62,967 nucleotides of DNA, filler included, from Globobulimina sp. (GCA_003354225.1; 31 parts of 31 records of this genome joined end to end with filler, not necessarily neighbours in it), one strand, 5' to 3'; counted from the whole stretch's first letter, positions 1 through 12,297 are shown. Translations and numbers: made by a program. Notes: a model not told the origin generated them from the sequence alone.

Positions 1-199
1 CAAAGCTCTCCGACGATGACCTGCCCGAGGGAACCCGGGCAGGCTACTGATGCTCCTCTACGCCGACGCAGTCGCGCCGATCACGAAGGTGTACGTCTTC
101 GTGCCGGATGCCTTGCCGTCCTTCTTATTCGGTCGCCCGACCTTGAGTGCGACGAAGGGCACGCCTCAATACGTGGACACGCTCGGTAGCACGCATCGC

Positions 200-540
200 A
201 TTGTAAACCCCAAAAAGAAGCGCGAAAACTGGGTACGTAGCTCCATTGGCCAATTATTGATATTATGTGGCCAGATCTCGTGGACCAATGAGTGCCATAA
301 AGGCTTATTGGAGTTAGCCAAAGGCAACAAACACGCACTTAAAAAGTTGAAAAAACAATGGAAAAAATATTTGGATCGCTTATCGTTAATGATACGAAAT
401 ATGGGACAACAAACCCAATCGAATAATAGCAACAATACGGATGTCTCAATGGATAGCAATCCCAAGTTATTACGCAATAAACTGCAGTCTCTAATTACCG
501 TGCGGTACAACTAAGGGGTATACTAAGTACGCGATATATC
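200..540 (+). pseudogene. Dynein heavy chain fragment (linker/N-terminal region 2), degenerate
   Basis: RENWVRSSIGQLLILCGQISWTNEC...NKHALKKLKKQW...KLLRNKLQSLITV resembles the dynein R.NW...Q..L...QI.WT..KL..LIT segment. It stops at 514 before the expected xHARD motif, and its 5' end joins unrelated GC-rich DNA. Confidence 0.65.
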
Positions 541-549
541 TATTAAAAC

Positions 550-1875
550 TTAAAAAAGATTGTTATTTGCATTTGTAAATATAAAAGTATTTTGTGCTGG
601 TTTTAATAAAATTAATAATTCATTATTTGCTTGATCACCTTGCATTTCTTGCCAAATATCATCATTTTCTTCCATACTCCCATTTGTTGATAGACACGAA
701 TCAAACTCATATTCACCTGCATTAATCTCAAAACATTTATCCATCATTTCCTTCACTGTCACTTTTTTTGTAATCCATATTTTTTTTGGATATCCAATAT
801 CTGAACAATAATCCGTTGAACATAAAATATTTTGAACTTTCCCTAATCGCACAATAATTGAAATGCAGACACTTCTAAATCACCCATAACATTCAATAAT
901 TGCTTATCATTCCGCACAATCAAAACATTCACATGACACAATCTGACATTTTTGTCAAATACTGCAGCATAAATATTCTCCATATCATAACATTTAAATC
1001 TATTTGCTGTACACAACAATTGGTGGCACCAAGAAGTGGATGAATGTGGATATAATGCGGCGGAAACTGATAATAAATCATTTAAAACATATGACTCAAA
1101 TCTAGAGAATGTTGTGGTTGCGTCCAAACATAAAAACTGCACATTTTGTATTCTTTGTTGATGTCTGTCGAAATATTGCAGCAATGTGATAATATGTCCT
1201 TTGATCTAAAATATAAAATAATTTGTTTTTTTCCACTTTTCGATGAAGAAATTCTTTGTTATCATTCAAAATCATCGCTTGATATATAGAACTGTGCATT
1301 TTTGTGGCTTGTAATATCAACATATTTTGCAATGGGACCATATATTAGATCTGATTGAATATAATTGCATCAATGAGTGATATTTTGTTTTTATTTTTGA
1401 TTTAATATCTAACTCAATCGGATATTTATAATCATTTTGTCGAATTAATTCACTCCGAACGCAATCAAGGCATTTGGCGTCGAGGTCCTTTTAAATTGTC
1501 AGATCGATGTCTTTTCTCTGCAAAAGTCACAAATATTGAATATGGAGTCGGTGGACAAATAATTAAAATATGTTAATTTTATTAATATTTTCATCTTTGC
1601 CATATTTATCGACAATTTCTTTGAGTTGCGCATCTTTTAAGATTTTAACAATTTGTTTGATTTGTTGTGTGGTGGCTGCTCGGATTAATGTTGAAATAAT
1701 GTCTTTTTTGCTGTCGAATGAGTTAATTATATCGTCATAACAAGAAATAATAACAGTATCAGCTAAACGACGCAATAAATATCTTAATTCCAGCTAACCA
1801 ATCTGCCACATTCTCTGCAGCTGATTTCTTGTGATAAGTTAAAGCAGCAAATTGAGTTTGCCTCTTAGAAGGCAT
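550..1875 (-). pseudogene. Frameshifted gene with an F-box-like segment and a USP7-type ubiquitin-like segment
   Basis: ATG near 1875 (MPSKRQTQF), then coding-like sequence split over several frames (1563-1775, 1102-1341, 843-1184, 550-852). FNYLSTDSIFNICDF is F-box-like; LQYFDRHQQRIQNVQFLCL resembles USP7 UBL repeats. Confidence 0.5.
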
Positions 1876-1936
1876 GAAACTATTGACACGAAGACGCGTT
1901 GTTGAGGAGGCTGAGATTTTTCTGTTTTTTACAACT

Positions 1937-2036
1937 NNNNNNNNNNNNNNNNNNNNNNNNNNNNNNNNNNNNNNNNNNNNTTAATTAATTAANNNNNNNN
2001 NNNNNNNNNNNNNNNNNNNNNNNNNNNNNNNNNNNN
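1937..2036. other. Artificial contig-joining spacer (first of 30 identical ones)
   Basis: N44 + TTAATTAATTAA (stops in all six frames) + N44 recurs about every 2035 bp. Contigs: 1-1936, 2037-3972, 4073-6008, 6109-8043 ... 61035-62967, with lengths falling from 1936 to 1933. ORF-track tails such as XXX-LIN come from this spacer. Confidence 0.99.
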
Positions 2037-2074
2037 TTGTTTTCACTCATGAATCTAAAACAAGACTTGCGTTA

Positions 2075-2905
2075 ATGATACCAGAGGAAGCAGAGATAGA
2101 TACACCTTTGGTGGTCGAGACTGAATCTGAACATACAACGTATAATAATGAGATTAGCAACATTATATGTTTTGGTATAATATTGGGCTTTATTGACATA
2201 TTTGTGATTCCAATCATGGCCTTAGTTTTAGGATTTGACACATTAATAATGTCTGGTGAAGGTAGTCAATATGCAACATGCGAGGATATCAATGCCGAAT
2301 ATGACTGTGTTTGCCAGAGGTTGCACAGTTCCAATGAGCAGACATGTTCTCGAACAGACGATGATTGGTTCATTGCCATCCATGTCTTTGCCATTATGTT
2401 TTGTTGCTTGTACGAAGGATGTGTTTTTTTGACACAATTAGTTATATGTTCTTATGCTGTGTTACAGAAAGAGGTTATATTAAAAATCCGGATGATTCTC
2501 GGTTTTACCGGTTTAAGGAAATTGCCTCATTTTAATAGGGTTAATTTTGTTGTTCGATTGATTGAGTTCATATGGAGTTTAGTTTTGGTGATGGCATATA
2601 AAGAGATTGTATCATGCCATTGCTCGGGAAGGGAAATAGAGGCTCATTATACGGATTTGTTCCATCGGAGGAGAGAGTTGCATGCATATTGCGAGGTTTT
2701 GATGATATTTGCGATGATATATTTAGCGAGTAGGAAATTGATGCTTTGTTGTTTAAAAAATAGGACTGTAAATGACGAAATTCAAGAATTATGGTTACAA
2801 TTATATGTCTCAAATAAAGAAAACACATCTGATTCTAGTATTGTTTGGTCAGACTCCTTACGTTCTCCGTGGGTTGCTGGAAAGGATAAATTTACACAAC
2901 TTTGA
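2075..2905 (+). CDS. Multi-pass membrane protein, unknown function
   Basis: 276-aa ORF with about 4 hydrophobic helices and Cys-rich loops. Confidence 0.65.
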   Translation: MIPEEAEIDTPLVVETESEHTTYNNEISNIICFGIILGFIDIFVIPIMALVLGFDTLIMSGEGSQYATCEDINAEYDCVCQRLHSSNEQTCSRTDDDWFIAIHVFAIMFCCLYEGCVFLTQLVICSYAVLQKEVILKIRMILGFTGLRKLPHFNRVNFVVRLIEFIWSLVLVMAYKEIVSCHCSGREIEAHYTDLFHRRRELHAYCEVLMIFAMIYLASRKLMLCCLKNRTVNDEIQELWLQLYVSNKENTSDSSIVWSDSLRSPWVAGKDKFTQL

Positions 2906-3028
2906 ATATGCCATCCACGAACAGTATTAAATTGTTGTTATATTTTTAATTTGTATAACCATTGTCGTTATTCCTTTCACTTAAAATACGTTTTTGGGAT
3001 CTTTTTGTCCGCACATATAATCATCATC

Positions 3029-3972
3029 ATGTTGCCATTAATTATAACCGTCTTAGCAACTCTAATGACAATAAATTCCAAACAATTAAGTTATAATTTG
3101 AATTATAATGGACCATTCAATACAAAACAGCAACCATCACTTCGCGATCGAAGACTTCTCGACATAGACACTTCTTCTTCGTCACAAAATGTATCATTTT
3201 ATCATGGAGTCGCTTCTGGAGATCCATCTGATGTCGATGTGTTGGTAAATTATATATATTTCTGTGTTTACTTTGCCCGTATTCGTATTTAGAAATTTCA
3301 CATTTTCTGATTATCATAACACATCAGGAAGATGGTGAAAAATTTGCCTTCTAAAATCTAAATACCAGTACAGGCAAAGTCTCAAATGGACAAAAAATAT
3401 AACCTTTAATTAATTGCAAAAGCTATGGACGAGAGTAACACCGCCATATCAAGACGAATATGGTATAGATATTAGCATCGCCAATTTAACAAAATTAAGC
3501 AATTTAAAAACAAGATATGCAACAATCCCACTCAAATATGCGATTGCTATATCCGAAGATTTAATAAATTTTGATTGTGAGGATGCGTTTTGTGGCATTA
3601 TTGATACGAATGTCAATATAGATTACACAGTAAAAGTGAGAGTTGATGATTTAACCCCAAATACTTGGTATTATTATCAATTTAAAGTTGCTTCTACAAA
3701 ATCACCGATTGGTAGAACAAGAACGTTGCCAGCACCAAACCAGAACGTCGATAATATACGTTTTGCATTTGGAAGTTGTAAGCAATGGGCACATGGTTTC
3801 TTCAATAATTTGGGTGACATTGCAGTTCGAGATGATTTAGATTATATGGTATGGCTTGGCGACTACATTTATGAATTCCCAAATGATGCTCTTGTGAATG
3901 GCAGTGCCATTGATCGAATACCATTCCCTCCCAATTATTTATATAATTTGAGCCATTATCGAGGCAGATATA
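3029..3972 (+). CDS. phoD: Secreted alkaline phosphatase D (PhoD family), 3' partial, intron 3245-3422
   Basis: Signal-like N-terminus, FYHGVASGDP, splice-restored DVL|LWTRV, GRTRTLP, FAFGSC and WLGDYIYE motifs. The GT-AG intron joins ORFs 2951-3292 and 3414-4028. Confidence 0.92.
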
Positions 3973-4072
3973 NNNNNNNNNNNNNNNNNNNNNNNNNNNN
4001 NNNNNNNNNNNNNNNNTTAATTAATTAANNNNNNNNNNNNNNNNNNNNNNNNNNNNNNNNNNNNNNNNNNNN

Positions 4073-5522
4073 TATTTATACATTCTATAATGAGATACAT
4101 TTTGGAATAATTTTTGTTTGATTAACTGGAACATCACACCTTCCACAAAAGAATGCCGTAATTTCTGCCCAGCCACAGATAAATATTCACATGAAACAGT
4201 ATTGCTACGTCCCTTCATTATATGATGTATATCCTCATCATTCCAATTATTTCTATTCAAACCTTCGCCACCACGGATATTAAAATCAGGCTCATTCGCC
4301 TCAGTCTCCCAATTTGTCAATATTTCATCATCAATCCATAGCTCACTCGGAATAAAAACCGATCGGTTTTCATCTTGTTGTCTGGATACAAATTCATTCA
4401 CAGTTTGAACATAGTCATCATATCCGGCTTTCTGTATATTTCAGAGTGTGTGTTATTAATTTGTGCGATATGTATCATACTTGTTGCGTTGCTGGGATTG
4501 CGTTTAAATATTTAGACCCAGAAATATCTGCATATAGTGATTCCATCACAGTTTTAGGACATCGTGCCGGATGGCCATAATTTTTATTTTTGGATATTGT
4601 TTTGCCATTATATAATGACACAAATTCATCCATTTCATATTGAATTAAATGCGAATATGCAAACCATAAACAAGCCAAATGGATCGGATTTAAATTATCC
4701 AATAATTGTATGGTCTGTAAATGGTAGAATTCCAATCTAAATATCCAAATACATTTATCATGCAATATCCTCCAAAACCTCTCAATGACTGTATTTCTTT
4801 TACTCGATCCAGTAAATACACTGTCTGGCCCCATATTATTCCACATCAATTTTTGTAATGCTGCTGGTTCGCGACCGCCATCAAACTGCATCTCAAATGG
4901 CAATACAAATCGCATATGTTCAAAACCTGACATTGCTGATAATAAAATTGAACAGCGATGCTTGTTTCTGAGACACACACAAAATGGCACATATCGGGAA
5001 TGTCGATCCCGGCCTCCATATATCATGAAACCACAGGGCCACAATTTTTCATATTGATCACAGTGTAATCTGTGAAATGGACCACATGATAATATAGGAA
5101 ACGGGCCATTAATATTTCTGACCCCAGTACGTGGATTTCTTAATGCTACCAAATCACCGGCAGCTAAACACATAATACATTTTAATCTTGCATCCGGAAC
5201 ACGAACTAAAAAACATTAAATATTTGTATGTTATTTGTGTGCATTGGATAAACAAACAAGTGTATACATACTATTTCGTGTTGCCAGAGCAGGCTTTAAA
5301 AATTGAAAACCGTGTGTTTGTTTGTGACTTTCTTGCAATTCTTTGATGATTGCAATCAATTCTTCATCAGATATGCTGTTATATGTAAATATGTTATATT
5401 TTGAGCAATATCTATCTAAAGTTTTTCTGTTAACACAGTAACGAGCAGCTATCTCCTTGTTGGTGACGTTATGTATTTTCAACGCTCTGATAACCTCAAC
5501 GTCTTCAACAGGGATTTTAGGA
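4073..5522 (-). mobile_element. IS3EU-type DDE transposase (HTH + integrase core), introns 5206-5271 and 4432-4480
   Basis: HTH segment EIAARYCVNRKTLDRY...ISDEELIAII; core GPFHRLHCD..KLWPCGFMIYGGRD..SR..QFDGGRE..FTGSSKRNTVIERFWR with D-D-E intact. Two GT-AG introns join three ORFs in frame (ATRN|IRVP; TQQ|KAGY). Confidence 0.85.
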
Positions 5523-5581
5523 CTAAGAAAAAGTCTTTAGCTCAAAATGTTTTTATGAGCATGTCTCAGTCACAGCAAAGA

Positions 5582-6008
5582 TCAAAATACAACGGTCCAT
5601 TTACCATTATTTGCAATGGAACCACATTCCGGACAATATGTACGTGTGGTATTATCAACTTTGTCATGTTCCTCTTTTATATCTTTCGCCAAACAGCCGT
5701 CATGAATATAGCGCACAAGACATTTATCACAGACATAATATGGTTTTTTATATTGCGGCGCTATTCTTTTTTTACATTTATAACATGTAATCTGTGAATT
5801 TGTATTTGTTGGGGATGGGGTTTTAATATCATTTGCTTTTACATCATTCGTTTTATTTTTATAATTAGTTTTATTTTTATTTGTAATTTTACTTTTATTG
5901 TTACTCAAATATTCACCGAATCGCCTGCCAACAACACATGGATATTGAACGATATTATTTAATGTTATTGGTATTGCCGCATTGTAATGAGATCCATCCC
6001 AAATTGCT
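5582..6008 (-). CDS. OTU-like His motif followed by a PHD finger, 5' partial
   Basis: The frame is open from the contig end: AIWDGSHYNAAIP (OTU-type HY motif), then CYKC...CDKC...HDGC...CPEC (C4HC3). Confidence 0.65.
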
Positions 6009-6109
6009 NNNNNNNNNNNNNNNNNNNNNNNNNNNNNNNNNNNNNNNNNNNNTTAATTAATTAANNNNNNNNNNNNNNNNNNNNNNNNNNNNNNNNNNNN
6101 NNNNNNNNC

Positions 6110-8043
6110 TTTTATGATTCTGCGGTCACAGTGCATGGGGATATTGCCGGTGATGTGTACATTGCAGATCACAGCAATGGCAGTAGCGGTGGCTATATGT
6201 GCAGATATAGTCAATTTAATATAGGTTCTATTGGTGGTGCAATGAGTTTGAGTCAAACTGGATTGAGAGGCTACGCTTTTGATAATGCAGTGTTTAATAT
6301 TGGTTCAATTGGCAGTGACTTATTAATAACGGATCAAGCCGGCACTGGGCGAGCATTACAAAATGCATTGTTTGTGTATGAGGATATCGGCGGTGATGTA
6401 ATTATTCGCGATGACAGTGGAACGTCCGGTGGGTTATCCTGCTATTCAGCAAATTTTACATTTGGCCGTGTTGCAGGTAAAGTTGATATGGTTATAACTG
6501 GTGTGGTGGGGAGAACTTTTGAAGGGGCTACGTTCACAATGGATTCTATTGGTGATGGATTGTTAATAAATGATATTGGTGGCAGAGGTTTTTATGATGG
6601 CGTTTTCACAGTGAATGGAGATGTCGGCGGCGATGTAGTTATTCGCGATGAAAGTGGAACGTCCGGCGGGTTGTCATGCTATTCAGCAGCTTTTATATTT
6701 GGTAACATCGCAGGCAAAGTCGATATGATTATAACTGGTGTGGTTGGAAGGACGTTCGAAGGAGCTACATTCACAATGGATTCTATAGGCAATGGCGTAA
6801 ATGGCGGTGGATTGTTGATAAATGACAGTGCTGTTGGTGGGAGAGGTTTTTATGACGGTGTTTTTACAGTGAATGGAGATATTAATGGCGATGTATCCAT
6901 CATAGATAACGGTAATTATACCGGATATACTGCGTATTCAGCAGACTTTACATGGGGCAATGTGCACGAAGTGATGCTGATATCTTCCAGTTGGGGAGCA
7001 CACTCATTCCGGCTGGCTACGTTTACTATGGGTGATCTGAGTGGTTCTTTGTTTGTGGTTAGCAATGGATTTAGAGCACACTCTTTGGAAACAGCCATAA
7101 TTACTACAGGTGATATTGATGGCGATGTAATAATCCAAGATCACAGTGAAGATCCCTCATATTCTGGAGGTAGGCTCTGTGTCGGCGCGCAATTTGTATT
7201 TGGTGATATTGCCGGTAACGTTGATTTGATATCAATTACTGGCCATGGACATTCATTCGAATCTGCCAACTTTACCATTAATTCCATTGGAAGCGATCTG
7301 ACCGCACATGATATGTCTGACGATGGCAGGGGATTTTTATACGCACATTTTGATGTCGGTACTGTTTCTGGAAACGTTTTATTCCGAGATGATGCGGATG
7401 GAATATCATCAGGTGGAGCAGCGATCAGTTCTGCAGATATTTTGATATCTCATATTGGTGGGAATGTTGACCTTATCGACTCCTCTGTGGTTGGTCGCGC
7501 ATTCTATGAAACTAACTTTGATTTTGGATTTATTGGTGGTAATTTATATGCAGAGGCTGTGAAAGCTACGACATGGAGTCAAGCATTCTTCGAAACGAAT
7601 TGGCTGATTGGCACAATTGAAGGCAATGCGACGTTCAACGCGTATGTTGACGGAGCATTTTGGGGATATACGAATGCGTCGACATTACATATTGGCAATA
7701 TAAGTAATTATGTGTCTATATTTAGCATTGGCAATGATGGTTTACGTAATTTACACTCGTATTTTGGTGGAAATCCTCATGTCGAGATTATTGTGCAAGG
7801 CGGTAACAATGCATTGTATTCGTCAATGTTTGATTGTAGAGATTGTGAGACATTTACATTGCGGTGTAACGGTGCAGATTGTGATGGCGATGTAGATATA
7901 TGGTGCCCGCAAAATAATTCATTAGATGCATGCAATATATATTGCGATAGAACTGCTTACTGTGACGGAATGAATGTATTTACTACAAACGGCTACTGTG
8001 AAGATGTGCGAATGAATTGTTTAGATACACTTACAAATGCATG
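6110..8043 (+). CDS. Gly/Asp-rich repeat (beta-solenoid) extracellular protein with Cys-rich C-terminal part, partial at both ends
   Basis: More than 640 codons open, about 26-28-aa repeats (F..A.F..G.I.G...I.D), a near-exact about 80-aa internal duplication, and a Cys-rich tail. Confidence 0.85.
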
Positions 8044-8143
8044 NNNNNNNNNNNNNNNNNNNNNNNNNNNNNNNNNNNNNNNNNNNNTTAATTAATTAAN
8101 NNNNNNNNNNNNNNNNNNNNNNNNNNNNNNNNNNNNNNNNNNN

Positions 8144-9067
8144 TATAGAAACAATGTTCCATTGGCATTGGTGAGAACTATTTTACTTTTTTACAATGAG
8201 ATATTTTATTGGAAATTTAAAGGTAAAGAATTGAAGCGATTTGTATCCAGAGAAACTCAACAATGCATTGCTAGCAAACCACGCATTGTGAATGGGATTA
8301 AAATGCAATATCTGCTATATCCGCGAGGCACAACCGACAAAACTTTAGATTTGGTTGGAATGGTTGCCCGCATAATGAACATTGCAAATAATGTTGAATA
8401 CGTTGTAATAAATTTTGCCATTCACAATCCAGAATTTGGTGTTTGTAGATATATGACGATCAGATATGATACAAATACCACACGAAAAGGGAGCATTTTG
8501 TTGAAATTTGAACAATGTGTTAACATGAAACAGATTAATTTTTGGTGCAAATTAAATGTATTAAGAATTGAAGCAAAAGGTATTAAAAATAAAGTATTAT
8601 TTTGTAGAAAAGGAATTAAATTTAAAAAAGAAGTTCATGTAAAATGGCATTTTGATGGCGAATTAATGGCGAAATTAGCATCTGAATTTGGCGAAAAAAT
8701 ATTAAAATGTAATCCTTTACATTCGAAATTAATTGATAGTAATTGGTTTATTACAGTTTATACAAAAAATAATACGCATCGCGTAAGGTTTGGTTTGTTG
8801 AAATTGCCGCATCTCATTAAACAAATTGAAGTCAATTGGTGCATGAAAGTGAGATATAATGGAAAATATATAATTGACGACGCGTCGGCGCAAAGAATAT
8901 TTAATTATGACAATATCTCTCGCAGTATCGGAGTATGTCACACATTCCAAGGATTGGAACAAACAGACACAATATGTGTTGTGTTGGATATTTTATTATT
9001 AAAAATATTTGATTTTGAGGATAATGAGATTGCAATGAATGCATGGCCTCAATATGGTGTTATTTAA
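8144..9067 (+). CDS. Tandem MATH/TRAF-like domain protein, 5' partial
   Basis: FYWKFKG..LKRF...YLLYPRG and a second HVKWHFD..LMAKL...WFITVY beta-rich repeat; N-terminal VPLALVRTILLFYNE motif. Confidence 0.65.
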   Translation, partial: YRNNVPLALVRTILLFYNEIFYWKFKGKELKRFVSRETQQCIASKPRIVNGIKMQYLLYPRGTTDKTLDLVGMVARIMNIANNVEYVVINFAIHNPEFGVCRYMTIRYDTNTTRKGSILLKFEQCVNMKQINFWCKLNVLRIEAKGIKNKVLFCRKGIKFKKEVHVKWHFDGELMAKLASEFGEKILKCNPLHSKLIDSNWFITVYTKNNTHRVRFGLLKLPHLIKQIEVNWCMKVRYNGKYIIDDASAQRIFNYDNISRSIGVCHTFQGLEQTDTICVVLDILLLKIFDFEDNEIAMNAWPQYGVI

Positions 9068-9181
9068 TGTAATTTAGTGAGTTGTAACTCAGTGGTTAGC
9101 ATGGTGCTTTTTTTTTGATTCTACAATCGAAACTTATAAAATTCTATTATACAATGAAACAAATTTCACAATGGCATGGAT

Positions 9182-10078
9182 TTATGTTTGTTGCACAATT
9201 ACTGCGGCATTCTGCACATTTGTGCGTATGCAGCAAACACAACATTTGTAGCAATATATGTCACATAAATTGCATAGTTTGTAATACATTTTTTTGTTAT
9301 ATTTTAAGCTCAAATACAAACAAACAGCAATTCCGGTTAACGCTAATGCTCGTAACTCATATATTAGTTGACTTAAATACATATTTTGTTCAAATCCGCC
9401 ATTCTGATTCAATGAAAACCATCCAATAACATACATAATTTGATTAAACAAAATAGCAAATCCGCTTAACACAGTATGCCGACAAATTACTTTCATCAAT
9501 CTTATTGAATGTTGATTCAAATCAAATGACAATGTGTTTTTCTTAGAGATTGCATGTATTTGCAGCTGTGAATGCGGCGTATCGTATGATTCATATCCGC
9601 CACGATCAAATATATAGTTTTGTTCAATATTGATTGTATTAATAATTAATTGTTGCAATTTCTTACTGAATAAATACAATAAAAAACAGCTTAATATCAT
9701 TTCATCGCTCATTGTTACTATGGTTATATAATACGCATATTTATCCTGTTTTGATTCATTATGCGCAAATATCAAAGATAAGGAACAATATGCCATTGAT
9801 GATAATATTTCAATCCATATTTGAATGGCAAACAGCAAAACCAATTGGTTCGACAAACGAAATGCTGTATTACTGAATGTAAAATAGACACGAAAAAATA
9901 ATATCAGATTCAATAGATTTGATGCTGTAAAATAACATATATTTGCTGCAAATTTTAAATCTGTAAATTTATCATCTAACATTGGTGTGTTGTCATCATA
10001 AGCAACATATGCATGATATGTATCAATTGCAGTGCATGTCAGACACGATAATGTAAAGCCTATAATACCAAAATTTGT
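9182..10078 (-). CDS. 7TM/GPCR-like membrane protein, 5' partial
   Basis: Open from the contig end; multiple TM helices, FFRVYFTF, LYLFSKKL and a C-terminal YYKLC..CD..C..CC tail. Confidence 0.7.
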   Translation of the reverse strand, partial: TNFGIIGFTLSCLTCTAIDTYHAYVAYDDNTPMLDDKFTDLKFAANICYFTASNLLNLILFFRVYFTFSNTAFRLSNQLVLLFAIQIWIEILSSMAYCSLSLIFAHNESKQDKYAYYITIVTMSDEMILSCFLLYLFSKKLQQLIINTINIEQNYIFDRGGYESYDTPHSQLQIHAISKKNTLSFDLNQHSIRLMKVICRHTVLSGFAILFNQIMYVIGWFSLNQNGGFEQNMYLSQLIYELRALALTGIAVCLYLSLKYNKKMYYKLCNLCDIYCYKCCVCCIRTNVQNAAVIVQQT

Positions 10079-10262
10079 NNNNNNNNNNNNNNNNNNNNNN
10101 NNNNNNNNNNNNNNNNNNNNNNTTAATTAATTAANNNNNNNNNNNNNNNNNNNNNNNNNNNNNNNNNNNNNNNNNNNNTTGAAAAAATTCAGGTTGCTTA
10201 CATAGGAAAATTATTATTATTATTTTGTTAAACGAATAAATAATATTTAAATAAATGCACAG

Positions 10263-12113
10263 GAATTGAAACTAGGTTTAGGTGATATGGAACGTCAGAC
10301 ATTGAGAGGTGTTTGGAGTTTATGCATTAAACATCGACACATTCAATATAATGCAGCCACTTTTATTCATTTATGGAAACAACATTATGTTCCAGATGAA
10401 AATTATAATGTATTGCCAGATAAACCAAGAGTAGAATCACCAGAATGTATGATCTGTGGCGAAATTGATGATGAAGAATATTTTTTATTTTGTAATAATA
10501 ATACAATTGAAAAGCATGGTGCACATAGTTATTGTTTAGATTCACATTCATCACAAATGCGACAAAATGAATGGTTTTGTGCTGAATGTTCAGATAATAT
10601 TTATATTGAATGTATTGCAAAAGAATGTATTTATTGCAATGATCAAAATCAAGAAAATTTAATGGTTTGTTGCACTGAAAAATGCATAAAAGTTTGTCAT
10701 TTTGAGTGTGCACAAAAAGCAAATCATATAAATGAAAATAAATGGAATTGCATGGGATGTTTGAATAAAATCAAGATTAATATTCCAAAAAAACCAACAC
10801 CAATTACGCCATCATTCCAAGACGATGATAGCAGTGATAATAATGTAATATTACAAGTTCAACGAAAACCAAAACGAAGACCAAAAACAACGGGGAAAAT
10901 ACGCAAAATGAAGATGATTAATTATAAACATAATAACAAAGAAAACAATAAAGATAAAATGGTTCAAATAACACTTCAAATGTTGTTAGAAATGACGTCG
11001 ACAAATAAAAAAGATGTGTCGCTGAAGAATATATATGATGCTATTAACAAATGTTTATTGCAAAGAACGGATGATTTATGTTTTAATGTAATTCAACTTT
11101 GGAGGAAACGATGTGATGTTGCACAACAATTAAGATATTGGCTGGAAAGTGCAATGAATAAACTATCAAATAAGTTGACTACTAAAAAAACAAAAAAAGA
11201 TGCAGTTAGATTAATAATTGATATATTTAAGTTATTTAAAAAGATGAATGAATTAAAAATACATTGTTATCCATGTTGCAAATTGATGAGAGCTATACAT
11301 TTGATGACGAATAATTCTGCTTTGGATATTTCCATTATTTATGCTGCAAAAAATTGTATGAAATTATTTGGTTATGTTTTTTGTGAGTCAATAAGGATAA
11401 AATCAAAATATTTCCCCAAATTAGATTGGATTCAGATTATTTATGGCAAATATGATGCAGTAAAACATGAACATGAACAGAAATATAATGTTTATGTTAC
11501 ATTGCAGGATATTGATGGAAATGTATTGAATTCACCATTTGATATTGGCGATTGTGATGAATTATATATTGCTATAAAAGGGAGGAAGAAAGTACATGTA
11601 CTTGATGCCGCAGCATCGTATAAACATATTATTAGCAAATATAAAGAGTCTCGATATCGGGAAAGAGAACGTAAATATGATCGCGATGGAATATATTATA
11701 CAGCAAAATATGAAAGAAAAGATGCTGGGGATGGTACGGGAAGATGTAAAGATAAAGAAAGCTATAAATATGATGATATTATTGAGCAGAAAGAAAATAA
11801 AAATAAAGTAAATATAGAAAAAATAGCTTGGTATCGTGTGGAAAGAAAGAAGAATGGAAGCGGAGAGATTGAGTATTATTTTTGGAATAAATTAACAAAT
11901 GAAACTACTTGGACTCAACCGGAGTTATGGATGGATTATTACAGTGATATCGGTCAACATTCGACAAGTGAGAATACTACGACTGAACTCACAAATTCTG
12001 ATATTGATTTCAGGCGAACTATTGATGAATTTAATATTGATGACGGCACGAATGAAGAAAATGAGAAATTGAATTTATATCATTCGTTAGAAATAAGCGT
12101 ATCACCAAAGAAA
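10263..12113 (+). CDS. PHD-finger (x2) and WW-domain protein, partial
   Basis: CMIC...FC...HSYC...WFCAEC; CIYC...CC...CHFEC...WNCMGC; WW motif WYRV...YYFWNKLTNETTWTQP. Probable acceptor at 10262. Confidence 0.8.
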
Positions 12114-12297
12114 NNNNNNNNNNNNNNNNNNNNNNNNNNNNNNNNNNNNNNNNNNNNTTAATTAATTAANNNNNNNNNNNNNNNNNNNNNNNNNNNNNNN
12201 NNNNNNNNNNNNNCCGGAGATGCTAATAATAAATTATTGGAAACATTATTTATAATTTGCCCATTCATTAATTTTACAGAAGTTGGATTATCATTTA

